A stretch of DNA of 50,731 bases from a bacterium. GTDB lineage: Bacteria; JACRDZ01; JAQUKH01. The translations under genes were made by a program, and so were the position numbers. Positions 20,469 to 30,086 of the stretch are shown here, in pieces; the stretch's first letter is position 1; every line of letters starts with the position of its first letter. The DNA lies in NCBI GenBank assembly GCA_028719205.1, contig JAQUKH010000019.1, positions 1 to 50,731 of the forward strand. The letters are read 5' to 3'. The notes beneath the pieces are model-generated. The model did not search any database and was not told the origin of the DNA. It saw only the letters and a program-made list of their open reading frames with translations.

Positions 20469-21680
20469 TTAACCTTTCGCATAATGTTTTTGCAACAAAT
20501 CATAAACCTGCTTACCCCCATCATTATTTTGTATCATCTGCTCCATGAATTTATACCCGCCGCTGATCATTTTTCTTCTCAACTCGCCATCGTTTACCAA
20601 CCTCTCAACCGCGTCGGCAATGGCTTCAGCGTCTCGGGGCAGTACTAATAACGCGTTTTCTTCGTGCTTCATCTTATAAGGGATTCCGCTGACATTGGTT
20701 GTTACGATAGGAATGCTCTGCGACATTGCCTCATACAAAACCCTTGGGAAACCTTCACCAAGAGTTGGAAAAATAAAGATATCCGCTTCTCTATACATTT
20801 TATAAAGTTCAGGGCCGTTAGAAATATGCCCCAGAAACTCTATTTTATCCTTAATTCCAAATTTATCAACTAACTCTTCCAATTCAAATTTCTGATCCCC
20901 GGTTCCAACTATCCTAATTTTTATATCTGAAATACCCCTGCTCTTTAAAAGCGAACACGCTTCAATTAAATATTTAGCTCCTTTGTATTTAGAAAGAGAC
21001 CCGACAAATAAAAATATTAAGGGCAAATTCCGGCAGGTATCATTTCTTTTAAATAATTTTATTTGCGTCCAATTCAGCCTGGGTATTGTTTCCGCAACAT
21101 TTTTACCCCTCTCGATATAACGGTTATAAAGAAGAGACCCTGCCGTTAAAACAAAAATAGCGTTACTTATAATTTTTTTCTCAAACCAGACATTAGCCCT
21201 GTAATAAACAGGAAATATTATTTTTTTTACTATCCCTTTCCACCTGAACATCAATTCCATCATATCTTTATTACACCAATCAAATGCAACATAGACAAAA
21301 TATGGCTTATGGAATACAGTATTAATTACAGAAACAACAGCACTTGGATACCCCGGTATAAACAAATAAATCATATCCCATTTGTTTATATCTTTCATAA
21401 CTATCTTAGCTACTTTTATAATTTGTATTGCCTTTGATAAAACACTTATATTCCTTCCCCTGCATAGTGGAAGTTCAACAATTTTAATATTGTTTGATTG
21501 AAACTTATAATTACATGCAGAATCATACCATAAATCACCCTTATGAAACGCATAAGCATACACAATTACTTCATCAAAATATTTGCTAAGACTGTCAATA
21601 TACACCCCCTCACCTTCAGAATTGAGATAATCCTTCCCATTAAAGGCCACCGGCCCTTCAGGAATTATTGTAAGTTTCAT
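20469..21680 (-). CDS. GT4 glycosyltransferase (paralogue of 22885-24102)
   Basis: LFVG....KG, IVG.G, EGFPRVLYEAM (Ex7E), TNVSGIP. Confidence 0.88.
   Translation of the reverse strand: MKLTIIPEGPVAFNGKDYLNSEGEGVYIDSLSKYFDEVIVYAYAFHKGDLWYDSACNYKFQSNNIKIVELPLCRGRNISVLSKAIQIIKVAKIVMKDINKWDMIYLFIPGYPSAVVSVINTVFHKPYFVYVAFDWCNKDMMELMFRWKGIVKKIIFPVYYRANVWFEKKIISNAIFVLTAGSLLYNRYIERGKNVAETIPRLNWTQIKLFKRNDTCRNLPLIFLFVGSLSKYKGAKYLIEACSLLKSRGISDIKIRIVGTGDQKFELEELVDKFGIKDKIEFLGHISNGPELYKMYREADIFIFPTLGEGFPRVLYEAMSQSIPIVTTNVSGIPYKMKHEENALLVLPRDAEAIADAVERLVNDGELRRKMISGGYKFMEQMIQNNDGGKQVYDLLQKHYAKG
20516..20756. repeat. 241-bp direct repeat, copy A (3' part of GT4 gene)
   Basis: Manual alignment with 22941-23181 (offset 2425 bp) shows 4 mismatches (20523, 20603, 20676, 20685), all synonymous. 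Confidence 0.92.
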
Positions 21681-21733
21681 ATTCTGTACCCAGCATTAAT
21701 ATTGTCATATTCTGAAAATATAAATTCCCAGAA

Positions 21734-22867
21734 TTATATATTGCAATAATCAATCTTACTTAATTTTAGCCATACCATTTGTAAAAAAGCATGCTTATTC
21801 TTTACATCTCTGAAATAGTTTCTAACCTTAATCTTTATCATATCCAGTTTATAGAACAAATTTTTTTCATATATCTTTATCTCATAATTATTAAATGTCT
21901 TCTTTGCAAAACGTAATTTGTACCACTCATCTCCTATCATAAAATCAAATTTCTTATAACCTTCGCTAAAAGACATTTTGATAAGATTCATCATGAGCAG
22001 GTTTCCCGGCGAATTTCTGCTATATTTTGTATCAAAAGTAGTTATCCAGCCTGAAATTATTCCATGGTATTTTAACGCATACTGACACGCAATTATTCTA
22101 TCATTGACTTTTAAAACTGATATATCAATCCCTTCATGAATTTTATCCAATTCATAAAGAAAATCCCGGTTAGATTGCGATTCAAATATGCTTATACCGG
22201 GCTTATTTTTCTGGCTCTTTTTATGCATTTCGCATAATCCTTTAAAAAATAAATCGAGAGAATGCTTATTGCCTTCTTCAAAACATACCTCGCCTAATCT
22301 ATGTAGCCTATTTAAAGAATTGCGAATATCCTTTTTAAAATTTTTTGCCAGGGATTTATGGTAATCCTCCCATACGCCCCCGATTTCCACAACCGGACTT
22401 ACACAATCTACCCTGATAAGAAAAGGATAATCAATTTCTGCTAAAACCTCTTTAAGAGCATTAAAATTCGGTGAATATTCGGTAATTCTTTTCAGGTCAA
22501 TCCTGCCCCAGCTATTTTCTCCTATAAGAAAACTAAAAATTTCTTTTATAACTTCTTTATTATCTCTCAGGATAACAAAATCCATGTAATCGGCCATCAT
22601 ATCATCACTGAGAAATCTTATAACCGATTTTCTTAACGTGAATAAGTTTCCCTCTTCCAACATAAACGGAGCTATTCCAATTATTTCTCCTTTATCCCGA
22701 ACTTTTAAAATCAGGATTTTTTTATTACTATGAAAATGCTTCATCCATAACGAATACCATTCCCAGGAAATAAAAATATTATCACTGTCGCTTTTTTCAA
22801 TAATATATTTCCAGTCTTTTTCCAAAGACAAAAATTCTTCATAAGACAAAATAGCGGCCACTTCCAT
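21734..22867 (-). CDS. CelD/BcsL-like GNAT-fold protein
   Basis: DNIFISWEW, GIAPF, DDMMADYMDFVIL, SPG, FDFMIGDEWYK; shares these blocks with 18214-19332. Confidence 0.8.
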   Translation of the reverse strand: MEVAAILSYEEFLSLEKDWKYIIEKSDSDNIFISWEWYSLWMKHFHSNKKILILKVRDKGEIIGIAPFMLEEGNLFTLRKSVIRFLSDDMMADYMDFVILRDNKEVIKEIFSFLIGENSWGRIDLKRITEYSPNFNALKEVLAEIDYPFLIRVDCVSPVVEIGGVWEDYHKSLAKNFKKDIRNSLNRLHRLGEVCFEEGNKHSLDLFFKGLCEMHKKSQKNKPGISIFESQSNRDFLYELDKIHEGIDISVLKVNDRIIACQYALKYHGIISGWITTFDTKYSRNSPGNLLMMNLIKMSFSEGYKKFDFMIGDEWYKLRFAKKTFNNYEIKIYEKNLFYKLDMIKIKVRNYFRDVKNKHAFLQMVWLKLSKIDYCNI

Positions 22868-22884
22868 AATTCTATCTTTTCTAT

Positions 22885-24102
22885 TTAGCTTTTAGAAACT
22901 CCGGCATAATATTTCTGTACCAACTCATTGACCTGTTTTCCCCCATCGTTATTTTGTATCATCTGCTCCATGAATTTATACCCGCCGCTGATCATTTTTC
23001 TTCTCAACTCGCCATCGTTTACCAACCGCTCAACCGCGTCGGCAATGGCTTCAGCGTCTCGGGGCAGTACTAATAACGCGTTTTCTTCGTGCTTCATCTT
23101 GTAAGGGATCCCGCTGACATTGGTTGTTACGATAGGAATGCTCTGCGACATTGCCTCATACAAAACCCTTGGGAAACCTTCGCCGAAGGGTGTCGGTAAA
23201 ATAAATATATCAGAATCCCTGAAAACTTTAAACAATCCGGGGCCATTGGCAAGATGGCCGAGAAATTCCACCCTATCTTCGACATTTAACTTCCGGGTCA
23301 ATTCGCGAAGTTCCTCTCTTTGTTCCCCTTCGCCGACTATTGTCAAAGAGATATTGTCTTTTTTTCTATTTTTCAATAAAGATATTACTTCAATTACATA
23401 TTCAGGGCCTTTCCGGGGAAGTAAATAACCAACAAATAATAATTTAATACGCTTATCCTGGCAGGTATCATCTCTTTTAAAAAGTTTGATCTCAGACCAA
23501 TTGATCCGCGGGATCGTTTCATAGATAGGATTACCGTAACTTTTATATTTTTCTAATGTAGCCCTGCCCGCGGTTAAGATCAAAAAGGAGCCTTTTACTA
23601 TACTTTTTTCTACCCAATCGTTAAACCAAAAATACACAGGATAAATAAGTTTTTTTGTTATCCCCTGCCAGCGGAACATAATAGAGGATTCTTCTGTCCA
23701 TTCTGATGCCAGATAAACAAAATATTTTTTTCTGAAGATCTTATTAATTAAATAAGCGATCGCGCTGGGATAGCCGGGCAAAAACAAATAAATAATTTCC
23801 CAGTTTTTAATATGAGCTGAAATAGTTTTAAAAACCCTCACCATTTGAAAAACTTTAGAGATAAAACCGGCATTAGCCTGGCGGACCATGGGTAACTCGA
23901 CAAATTTAATATTTGCCGACCTGAATTTGTACTGAGAAACCATTTTATATTCCAGGTCACTTTTATGAAAAGCATAAGCGCAGATTATCACTTCATCAAA
24001 ATATTTCGCGATACCATCAATATATATACCTTCACCTTCTGAATAAAAATAATCCTTGCCGTCAAAGGCCATCGGCCCTTCCGGAATTATTGTAAGCTTC
24101 AT
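22885..24102 (-). CDS. GT4 glycosyltransferase
   Basis: LFVG....KG, GEGFPRVLYEAM; N-terminus MKLTIIPEGP identical to 20469-21680. Confidence 0.88.
   Translation of the reverse strand: MKLTIIPEGPMAFDGKDYFYSEGEGIYIDGIAKYFDEVIICAYAFHKSDLEYKMVSQYKFRSANIKFVELPMVRQANAGFISKVFQMVRVFKTISAHIKNWEIIYLFLPGYPSAIAYLINKIFRKKYFVYLASEWTEESSIMFRWQGITKKLIYPVYFWFNDWVEKSIVKGSFLILTAGRATLEKYKSYGNPIYETIPRINWSEIKLFKRDDTCQDKRIKLLFVGYLLPRKGPEYVIEVISLLKNRKKDNISLTIVGEGEQREELRELTRKLNVEDRVEFLGHLANGPGLFKVFRDSDIFILPTPFGEGFPRVLYEAMSQSIPIVTTNVSGIPYKMKHEENALLVLPRDAEAIADAVERLVNDGELRRKMISGGYKFMEQMIQNNDGGKQVNELVQKYYAGVSKS
22941..23181. repeat. 241-bp direct repeat, copy B (3' part of GT4 gene)
   Basis: 237 of 241 positions identical to 20516-20756 by manual alignment. 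Confidence 0.92.
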
Positions 24103-24126
24103 ACTTATCCCCCCCCGATCATAAAT

Positions 24127-25398
24127 CTATTTTTCAACACTAACGCCTTCTGATGCTTGCCTTTTTACGATTTCATATCCTGCGTTTATCAAAGCAATAA
24201 TCAACCATAGGGCGACATTTATATAATTCGAATGCGACATACCTAATATTTGAAACCCGATTAAACTTCCAAACAACCCGATCAGTAATCCTTTAAATTC
24301 CTTATTTTTCGCGTTTTTGATCCCATAAATCGCAAATTTAAAGCTCAGGGCTATAACCATTATATATGTAATCAGCCCCTGCAAACCTAACTCGCAAGCA
24401 ATACCGGCAAAAATATTATGAGGAGGCATAATGTCCGGATTACCATACTCCACAATTTTATTTACATAATTTCCCATCCCTACACCAAACGGATTATTTA
24501 AAAACATTAATATTGTAGGCTTTATGGCCCATATCCTTTCCTGTAAAGATAAATCACCCTTCGCGGTAGGGAACATATAATAATTTATTCCACTTGGCCA
24601 ATATTTATACAATAACACAGTTGAAATAAAAAATAGAACAGCAGCTGTTATTAAAAACCTTTTCTTTTTTATATTATACAGGGAAATAATAAACAAACTG
24701 ATAACTGCGGATAAAATCGCGCCTCGGGAAAAAGTTAATATTAATACAACTAAACTTAAAAAGAAAAATGACAAAATACTTGTTCTTTTCATATTTCCAT
24801 TAGCAACAATTAATAAACTGAAGATTATTGGAAGAGCAACTACAAAATGGCTTGCGAAAGCAGAAGGATTTTTTTCCGTACCGAGAAGCCTATACCGTGT
24901 TTCTTCCGTTCCTGTCGGGCTATCCCATTTATAAAGAGAATCTCTTCCGCTCACATCAATAATGGTTGAACCTGTTTTATATTGAATCATTCCAAAAACA
25001 GAAACCAGTAAAATTGAAAACAGGAAAGAATAAACTATTTTCCTTAATTCGTCTTCGTGTTTAACAAAATTCAAAATTACTATACTTAACGCCCAATATC
25101 CTAGAACACTTATAAATACCGGCAAAAATTCACTAAAATTATACGCGAAAATAAATGAAGGTATAAAAGATAATATGAAAAACAAAATATATTTAGTCAA
25201 CAAAGATTGTTTAAATATTTTGTCTTTGATTATTTTATATGCTACAGCCAAAAATATTATCACAATCATGACAATTTTAATGCCGCTGAACATTAAACCA
25301 AACTGCTTTTGTACTTCCCCCATTGGAATAAGAAAAGCTAAAAGGCATAACCAATTAATAGGATTTAAAATAGATTTATTTGATGCCATATTAAACAT
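24127..25398 (-). CDS. wzy: O-antigen polymerase/ligase family membrane protein (Wzy candidate)
   Basis: 10-12 TM segments, R..G...NP, TFSRGA, ER.W, PFGVGMGN, PHN.F....ELG. Its position among wzx and GT genes favours a polymerase role. Confidence 0.7.
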   Translation of the reverse strand: MFNMASNKSILNPINWLCLLAFLIPMGEVQKQFGLMFSGIKIVMIVIIFLAVAYKIIKDKIFKQSLLTKYILFFILSFIPSFIFAYNFSEFLPVFISVLGYWALSIVILNFVKHEDELRKIVYSFLFSILLVSVFGMIQYKTGSTIIDVSGRDSLYKWDSPTGTEETRYRLLGTEKNPSAFASHFVVALPIIFSLLIVANGNMKRTSILSFFFLSLVVLILTFSRGAILSAVISLFIISLYNIKKKRFLITAAVLFFISTVLLYKYWPSGINYYMFPTAKGDLSLQERIWAIKPTILMFLNNPFGVGMGNYVNKIVEYGNPDIMPPHNIFAGIACELGLQGLITYIMVIALSFKFAIYGIKNAKNKEFKGLLIGLFGSLIGFQILGMSHSNYINVALWLIIALINAGYEIVKRQASEGVSVEK

Positions 25399-26416
25399 AA
25401 ATAATTGAATTTTGAAATATTTTATCTAAAAGATTCACATATTCGCTTTTATTAGCAATTTTACAACTTTTTAATAAAGAAATTATTTTTGTTCCATAAA
25501 AATATTGTGAAGTAAATAAAGCGGTAGAAAAAAAAGAAACAATATTTATCGGTTTCAATTTAAAATGCAGCAATTCATAAGGTATGTGTTTATATGATTC
25601 TAAAACCTTTATGTTCCGCGTTATTATTTTTTCATATTTTTTACTATTCTCAGACGGATGCATTTTAAATACAATTTTTGAATTTGGAGGAAGTTTTTTG
25701 ATAAAATCTGATAACGCGTTTACATCTTCATTTTCACCGCAAATTCCCTGTTCAAAAAGCGGCTGTGATAAAATAATATAATCGGGATTTAAATATTCAT
25801 CTAAATTCAATTGTAACTTTTGGCTTAAATCATATATGTAATCTGAATTTTTTATAACAATTTCCCCTAAATCTTTTATTGATAAATTTTTCCTATCCGA
25901 CAAATGAGAATTAAAAAGATATAATTCATTTATCCTTTTATCATAAGAAACAAAATTGTTTGGATATAGGCCGGCCATTGACCATATCTTATATTTCAAA
26001 GCAGCTTTTCTACTCAATTCAGGGGGAGAAATAAACTCGCTGCCAATGATCAATCCATCATCTAAATATATCAATTTTTTAAATTTTAAGTTTTTTAGAA
26101 TTATCTGATTTGTAATATCACAATCATTAAAGATATAAACATTATCATACTTATTCTTGTTCAATTTCAGCCCTGTTATTAAATATTTAATAGCAAAAAA
26201 ACGATAATAACTCAGGCTTATCAAATCCGTCCCTTTTGGGCTTAACGATCTGATATATTTACATTCCTTCCATCTCTCTCTATCGTTATATTTCAATAAG
26301 TTAAAAAACGGGATAGTATGAATCAAATCCGCTTGAACCTTAAAATGCTTCGTAAATATCTGTGATATCAGAAACTGAAACGGTGTATTGCAAATAAAAA
26401 GATTTTCTTCAACCAC
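25391..26416 (-). CDS. Nonulosonic acid (legionaminyl/sialyl) transferase candidate, GT38/GT52-like
   Basis: TPFQ near the N-terminus, YLDDG (D/E-D/E-G), SQPL, KMHPSE (HP motif), IPYE, SFFSTAL. Lies downstream of the leg genes; GTG start after GGAGG. Confidence 0.75.
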   Translation of the reverse strand: MVEENLFICNTPFQFLISQIFTKHFKVQADLIHTIPFFNLLKYNDRERWKECKYIRSLSPKGTDLISLSYYRFFAIKYLITGLKLNKNKYDNVYIFNDCDITNQIILKNLKFKKLIYLDDGLIIGSEFISPPELSRKAALKYKIWSMAGLYPNNFVSYDKRINELYLFNSHLSDRKNLSIKDLGEIVIKNSDYIYDLSQKLQLNLDEYLNPDYIILSQPLFEQGICGENEDVNALSDFIKKLPPNSKIVFKMHPSENSKKYEKIITRNIKVLESYKHIPYELLHFKLKPINIVSFFSTALFTSQYFYGTKIISLLKSCKIANKSEYVNLLDKIFQNSIIYV

Positions 26417-26444
26417 AGCGCCTCCATATTTAATTTATCCGCTC

Positions 26445-27896
26445 TTAGCCCCGGTTAAACAGCTTGGATATTTTTGTATCAAGGGCCTCTAATTTCCAAT
26501 TAGCATTTATAAATTTAATACTTACATAAGAAAATAGAGCTAAAAACATAATACTTACAGATATACGAATTTTTGTATCATTTATTAGAATACAAAAAAT
26601 AGCAGATAATATTATAGCAAGTAAATATATATTTGTCTTTACCTCATAATCAACCGGATAAGCTTTCCTGCTTATGACATAAGTTGCGCTAAAACTTATA
26701 ACATTTGCTAAAACAAAAATAACCGCTGCCGCGGTAATTCCAAATATTGGTATTAATAAAATATTCAAGCCTATATTAACAGCAGCTGAAACCGCGCTAA
26801 TAAAAGGAAAATAAACAGTCTTTTTGGCATAAAACAAAGAATTTGCCACAACATAGTATAAACCCTGTATAAGATATGCGAATAGTATCATCGGAACAAT
26901 TTTACTTGAATTTTTATAAGCGGGAGGCAACATATAGGTAATAATATCTTTGCTATATAATATGCCCAAAAGGCATATACCTCCTACTACAATTATATAA
27001 ACCGTCACAAATTTTCGAAAAACTTCTTTAGCATCGGGGTGATTTTTGGCGGTTTCAAAAAACCATGGGCTTTGAGCAGAATTAATCGAACAGACAATAA
27101 CATTCATAATTGAGCCTAAACTGTAACCTATAGCATAAATCCCGACATCACTCAAAGGCCTGAATTTTTCGATAATTATTCTGTCGGAGCCGGCAACCAG
27201 CATTCCCAGCACCAGATGAGGCAAAAGCGGGAAACTATAAAAAAGTGATGCCTTTAGTTTTTTATAATCAAAATCAAAAATAATGTCTTTTTTAAGAATA
27301 AGTATAGTTACAAACAGAACCGCTAATGAAACCGCGCCAATAAAATCGCCCCGCAATTTTCCTAACGCCAATCCATTGGCAAATACAATAAAATATATTG
27401 AAAAAGCCGCCGAAATTACAAATCTGCCTATTTCAAAACTTGCGTACAAAAAAGGCTGGTTGCGTACCCTGAACAACGTTAAAGGCACTATGCTGAACAG
27501 AGTAAAAAAAGTAGTGAATAAAACAGTAAAACCAAATGGATAGAAAGATACAGCTTCATTTTTTATAAATATGTGGAATATATTATTCCCAAATAATAAA
27601 AGCAATATTAAGAATAACAAATTAAAACCAATTAAAAAATAAAAAATAGTTGAAATATATGATTTCAATTCTCTTTCATCATCTTTATAATCATAATAAA
27701 ACCTGCTTACCGCACCCTGTAATCCCATTTGCATCAATGTCGCGACGATACTTCCAAACACAGTTACTAAACTTAATATTCCATATTGTTCAGGTGAAAG
27801 ATATTTAGTGTAAATAGGCAAAAGAAGATATGCACCCGCATTAACTAAAAATGTACTTAAAAAATATATAGAACCTTCTTTGAATAATTTTTTCAT
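26445..27896 (-). CDS. wzx: Wzx O-unit flippase
   Basis: About 14 TM segments; LLPIYTKYLSPEQYG, R.YY, DR.II, VGIY, N..LN.LLIP.FG..AAA (MOP/PST pattern). Confidence 0.9.
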   Translation of the reverse strand: MKKLFKEGSIYFLSTFLVNAGAYLLLPIYTKYLSPEQYGILSLVTVFGSIVATLMQMGLQGAVSRFYYDYKDDERELKSYISTIFYFLIGFNLLFLILLLLFGNNIFHIFIKNEAVSFYPFGFTVLFTTFFTLFSIVPLTLFRVRNQPFLYASFEIGRFVISAAFSIYFIVFANGLALGKLRGDFIGAVSLAVLFVTILILKKDIIFDFDYKKLKASLFYSFPLLPHLVLGMLVAGSDRIIIEKFRPLSDVGIYAIGYSLGSIMNVIVCSINSAQSPWFFETAKNHPDAKEVFRKFVTVYIIVVGGICLLGILYSKDIITYMLPPAYKNSSKIVPMILFAYLIQGLYYVVANSLFYAKKTVYFPFISAVSAAVNIGLNILLIPIFGITAAAVIFVLANVISFSATYVISRKAYPVDYEVKTNIYLLAIILSAIFCILINDTKIRISVSIMFLALFSYVSIKFINANWKLEALDTKISKLFNRG

Positions 27897-27905
27897 TTGA
27901 ATTTT

Positions 27906-29327
27906 TTAAAAAATAAATAATTTTCTAATTATCTTGGTAAAAGTAATACGAATACCATGAGTATGGAGAGAGGTAAACAATCTGTTAACATTATGCAAAA
28001 ATATTTTCAGAGGGTGCCTTTTAATGTAATTTCTTCTTATTTTTTTCTGTATAGTTTCTCTTACTGTTTCAAGATGATCATTTGGAAAATCCGTATAATT
28101 TACTAAAAAAGGAGCATCTGATGAGTATCCGCCTTCCAGGTTTTCCAGAAGATATTTTTCATCTTTAATTAAACCTTTCTGCAGTGTATACTCCCATAAC
28201 TTAGTCCCGGGTAAAGGAGTAGTATAATTTAAATTAGTGCCTGGATCATCTATTTCTTTAAAAAAATTTACTGTTTCGTTCAATGTCTGCATATCTTCCC
28301 CGGGATAACCAAACATCATCTGTATCATTGGATACAAACCCGCTTTTTTAGTCTCTATTATTATTTCCTTTGCCTGCCGCACAGACACTTTTTTATTCAT
28401 TGCATCCAGAATTCGCTGGCTTCCCGACTCTATTCCATATCCAACAGCAGTACACCCGGACTTCTTCATTATCCTGAGTATTTCAGGATCAAGTGTATTT
28501 ACCCTGCCCTGGCAATTCCATTTTATTTTTAGGTCTGCCAATCTTTCGCAAAGCTCTATTGTGCGTTTCTTATTGACTATAAGCAGTTCGTCATTAAAAA
28601 AAACACCTTCTATTTTATACTTATCCTTCAGCCATGAAATCTCTTTGATAAAATTATCAACAGAACGCAAACGAACACCACTGAACACTTTTGAGCAATA
28701 ATAACAACTATAAGGACATCCTCTGCCGCAAATTATATTTGCCGTTCTTAATTTCTCTTTAATACCTTCCACATTTAAATTATTAATATAAATTTCCATT
28801 GGGAATAATTCATAGGCTGGGAATGGTATTTCGTCCAAATTTTTAATATATTCTCTGGTAAGAGTTGTTAAAATTTCTCCTTGTTTTTCTTTAAAACAGA
28901 TACCTTTGACATTTTTTAAATTATCAAAATTCTCTATTAATTCTTTTATAGTTATTTCCCCTTCACCAATCACGCAGATATCAACATCCGTAGTTTCTAA
29001 AAGAACCCTGGAATTAAACGTGGCTAACGCGCCCCCGACAATTATTTTTTTATGGGGATCCATTTTTTTTATTTGCTGGGCAATCCATTTAACATAATTA
29101 TATTGAGTAGAAAAAGAACTGATACATACGATATCATTCACACTTTTTTCTAATCTTTTAATTACTTCTTCATTAGTATACTGATACGCGTAAATATCTA
29201 AAATTTCGACCGTATGCCCGGAATTAAGAAGCACTTTAGCTATATGTCCCATGCCTATTGGGAAAAAACTTGGCGATCTGGATTTACCTAAATAATAATG
29301 TGGAGGTTGAATTAATAAAATTTTCAT
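27906..29327 (-). CDS. Cobalamin-binding radical SAM protein
   Basis: PIG..HIA, GGALAT, GEGE, RGCPYSCYYC, DE, YGIESGS, G.PGE, TPLPGT. Confidence 0.9.
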   Translation of the reverse strand: MKILLIQPPHYYLGKSRSPSFFPIGMGHIAKVLLNSGHTVEILDIYAYQYTNEEVIKRLEKSVNDIVCISSFSTQYNYVKWIAQQIKKMDPHKKIIVGGALATFNSRVLLETTDVDICVIGEGEITIKELIENFDNLKNVKGICFKEKQGEILTTLTREYIKNLDEIPFPAYELFPMEIYINNLNVEGIKEKLRTANIICGRGCPYSCYYCSKVFSGVRLRSVDNFIKEISWLKDKYKIEGVFFNDELLIVNKKRTIELCERLADLKIKWNCQGRVNTLDPEILRIMKKSGCTAVGYGIESGSQRILDAMNKKVSVRQAKEIIIETKKAGLYPMIQMMFGYPGEDMQTLNETVNFFKEIDDPGTNLNYTTPLPGTKLWEYTLQKGLIKDEKYLLENLEGGYSSDAPFLVNYTDFPNDHLETVRETIQKKIRRNYIKRHPLKIFLHNVNRLFTSLHTHGIRITFTKIIRKLFIF

Positions 29328-29378
29328 TTTAAATACATTATATCAATTAAAATATGTAATTTGGAATATTGGTACAAT

Positions 29379-30086
29379 TTATTTTTTTTGTGCTTTTTTT
29401 GACAATATAAGCTCCGCAAACGCAAAATCCAATTTATCATCGATATCAATACTAGATCTCTTTTCCATTTTATATGCATAGGTGCGCGGGCCCCAAAAAG
29501 ACCGTTTATCTTTGAAATATTTCCAATCTGTTAAATAAATCGCGCCATTTAAACAATAATACTCGGGTAATTTTTGACGGTTATTTTGTGCTTTTTTGGG
29601 CAAAAATCGGGACATACATCCGTCAGAAGGCAGGGTATTACACCACCACGGGTGCTTATCAGCAATTGCGACACTAATTACGCTCTGAGCGCCGCGTTCA
29701 TAAAATAATTCTACTGATTCTCTAATATGTTCCTTTTTTCTCAAAGGGCTTGTCGGCTGTAAAACCATTATGGCATCATAATAATCATTATGCCCTTCAA
29801 ACCACTTTTGGATGTTTAAGATTACATCTATTGTTTTGGCGTTATCGGTTGCCAGCTCCTTCGGCCTTATAAACGGTACCTCTGCTCCATACTTCCTGGA
29901 AATTACCGCAATTTTTTCATCATCCGTACTGACAATTATTTTATCAATATATTTGCTGGAACGAGCTTCTTCAATCGTCCAGGCTATAAGAGGTTTTCCT
30001 AATAAAGGTAATATATTTTTTTGGGGTAAGCCCTTTGACCCGCCCCTGGCCGGGATGATCCCAAGTATTTTTTTACCTTTATACAC
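29379..30086 (-). CDS. legF: CMP-nonulosonic acid (CMP-legionaminate) synthetase
   Basis: IPARGGSKG...KN, STD, RP.ELA.D, LQPTSPLR, NGAIY, SIDID. Confidence 0.88.
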   Translation of the reverse strand: MYKGKKILGIIPARGGSKGLPQKNILPLLGKPLIAWTIEEARSSKYIDKIIVSTDDEKIAVISRKYGAEVPFIRPKELATDNAKTIDVILNIQKWFEGHNDYYDAIMVLQPTSPLRKKEHIRESVELFYERGAQSVISVAIADKHPWWCNTLPSDGCMSRFLPKKAQNNRQKLPEYYCLNGAIYLTDWKYFKDKRSFWGPRTYAYKMEKRSSIDIDDKLDFAFAELILSKKAQKK

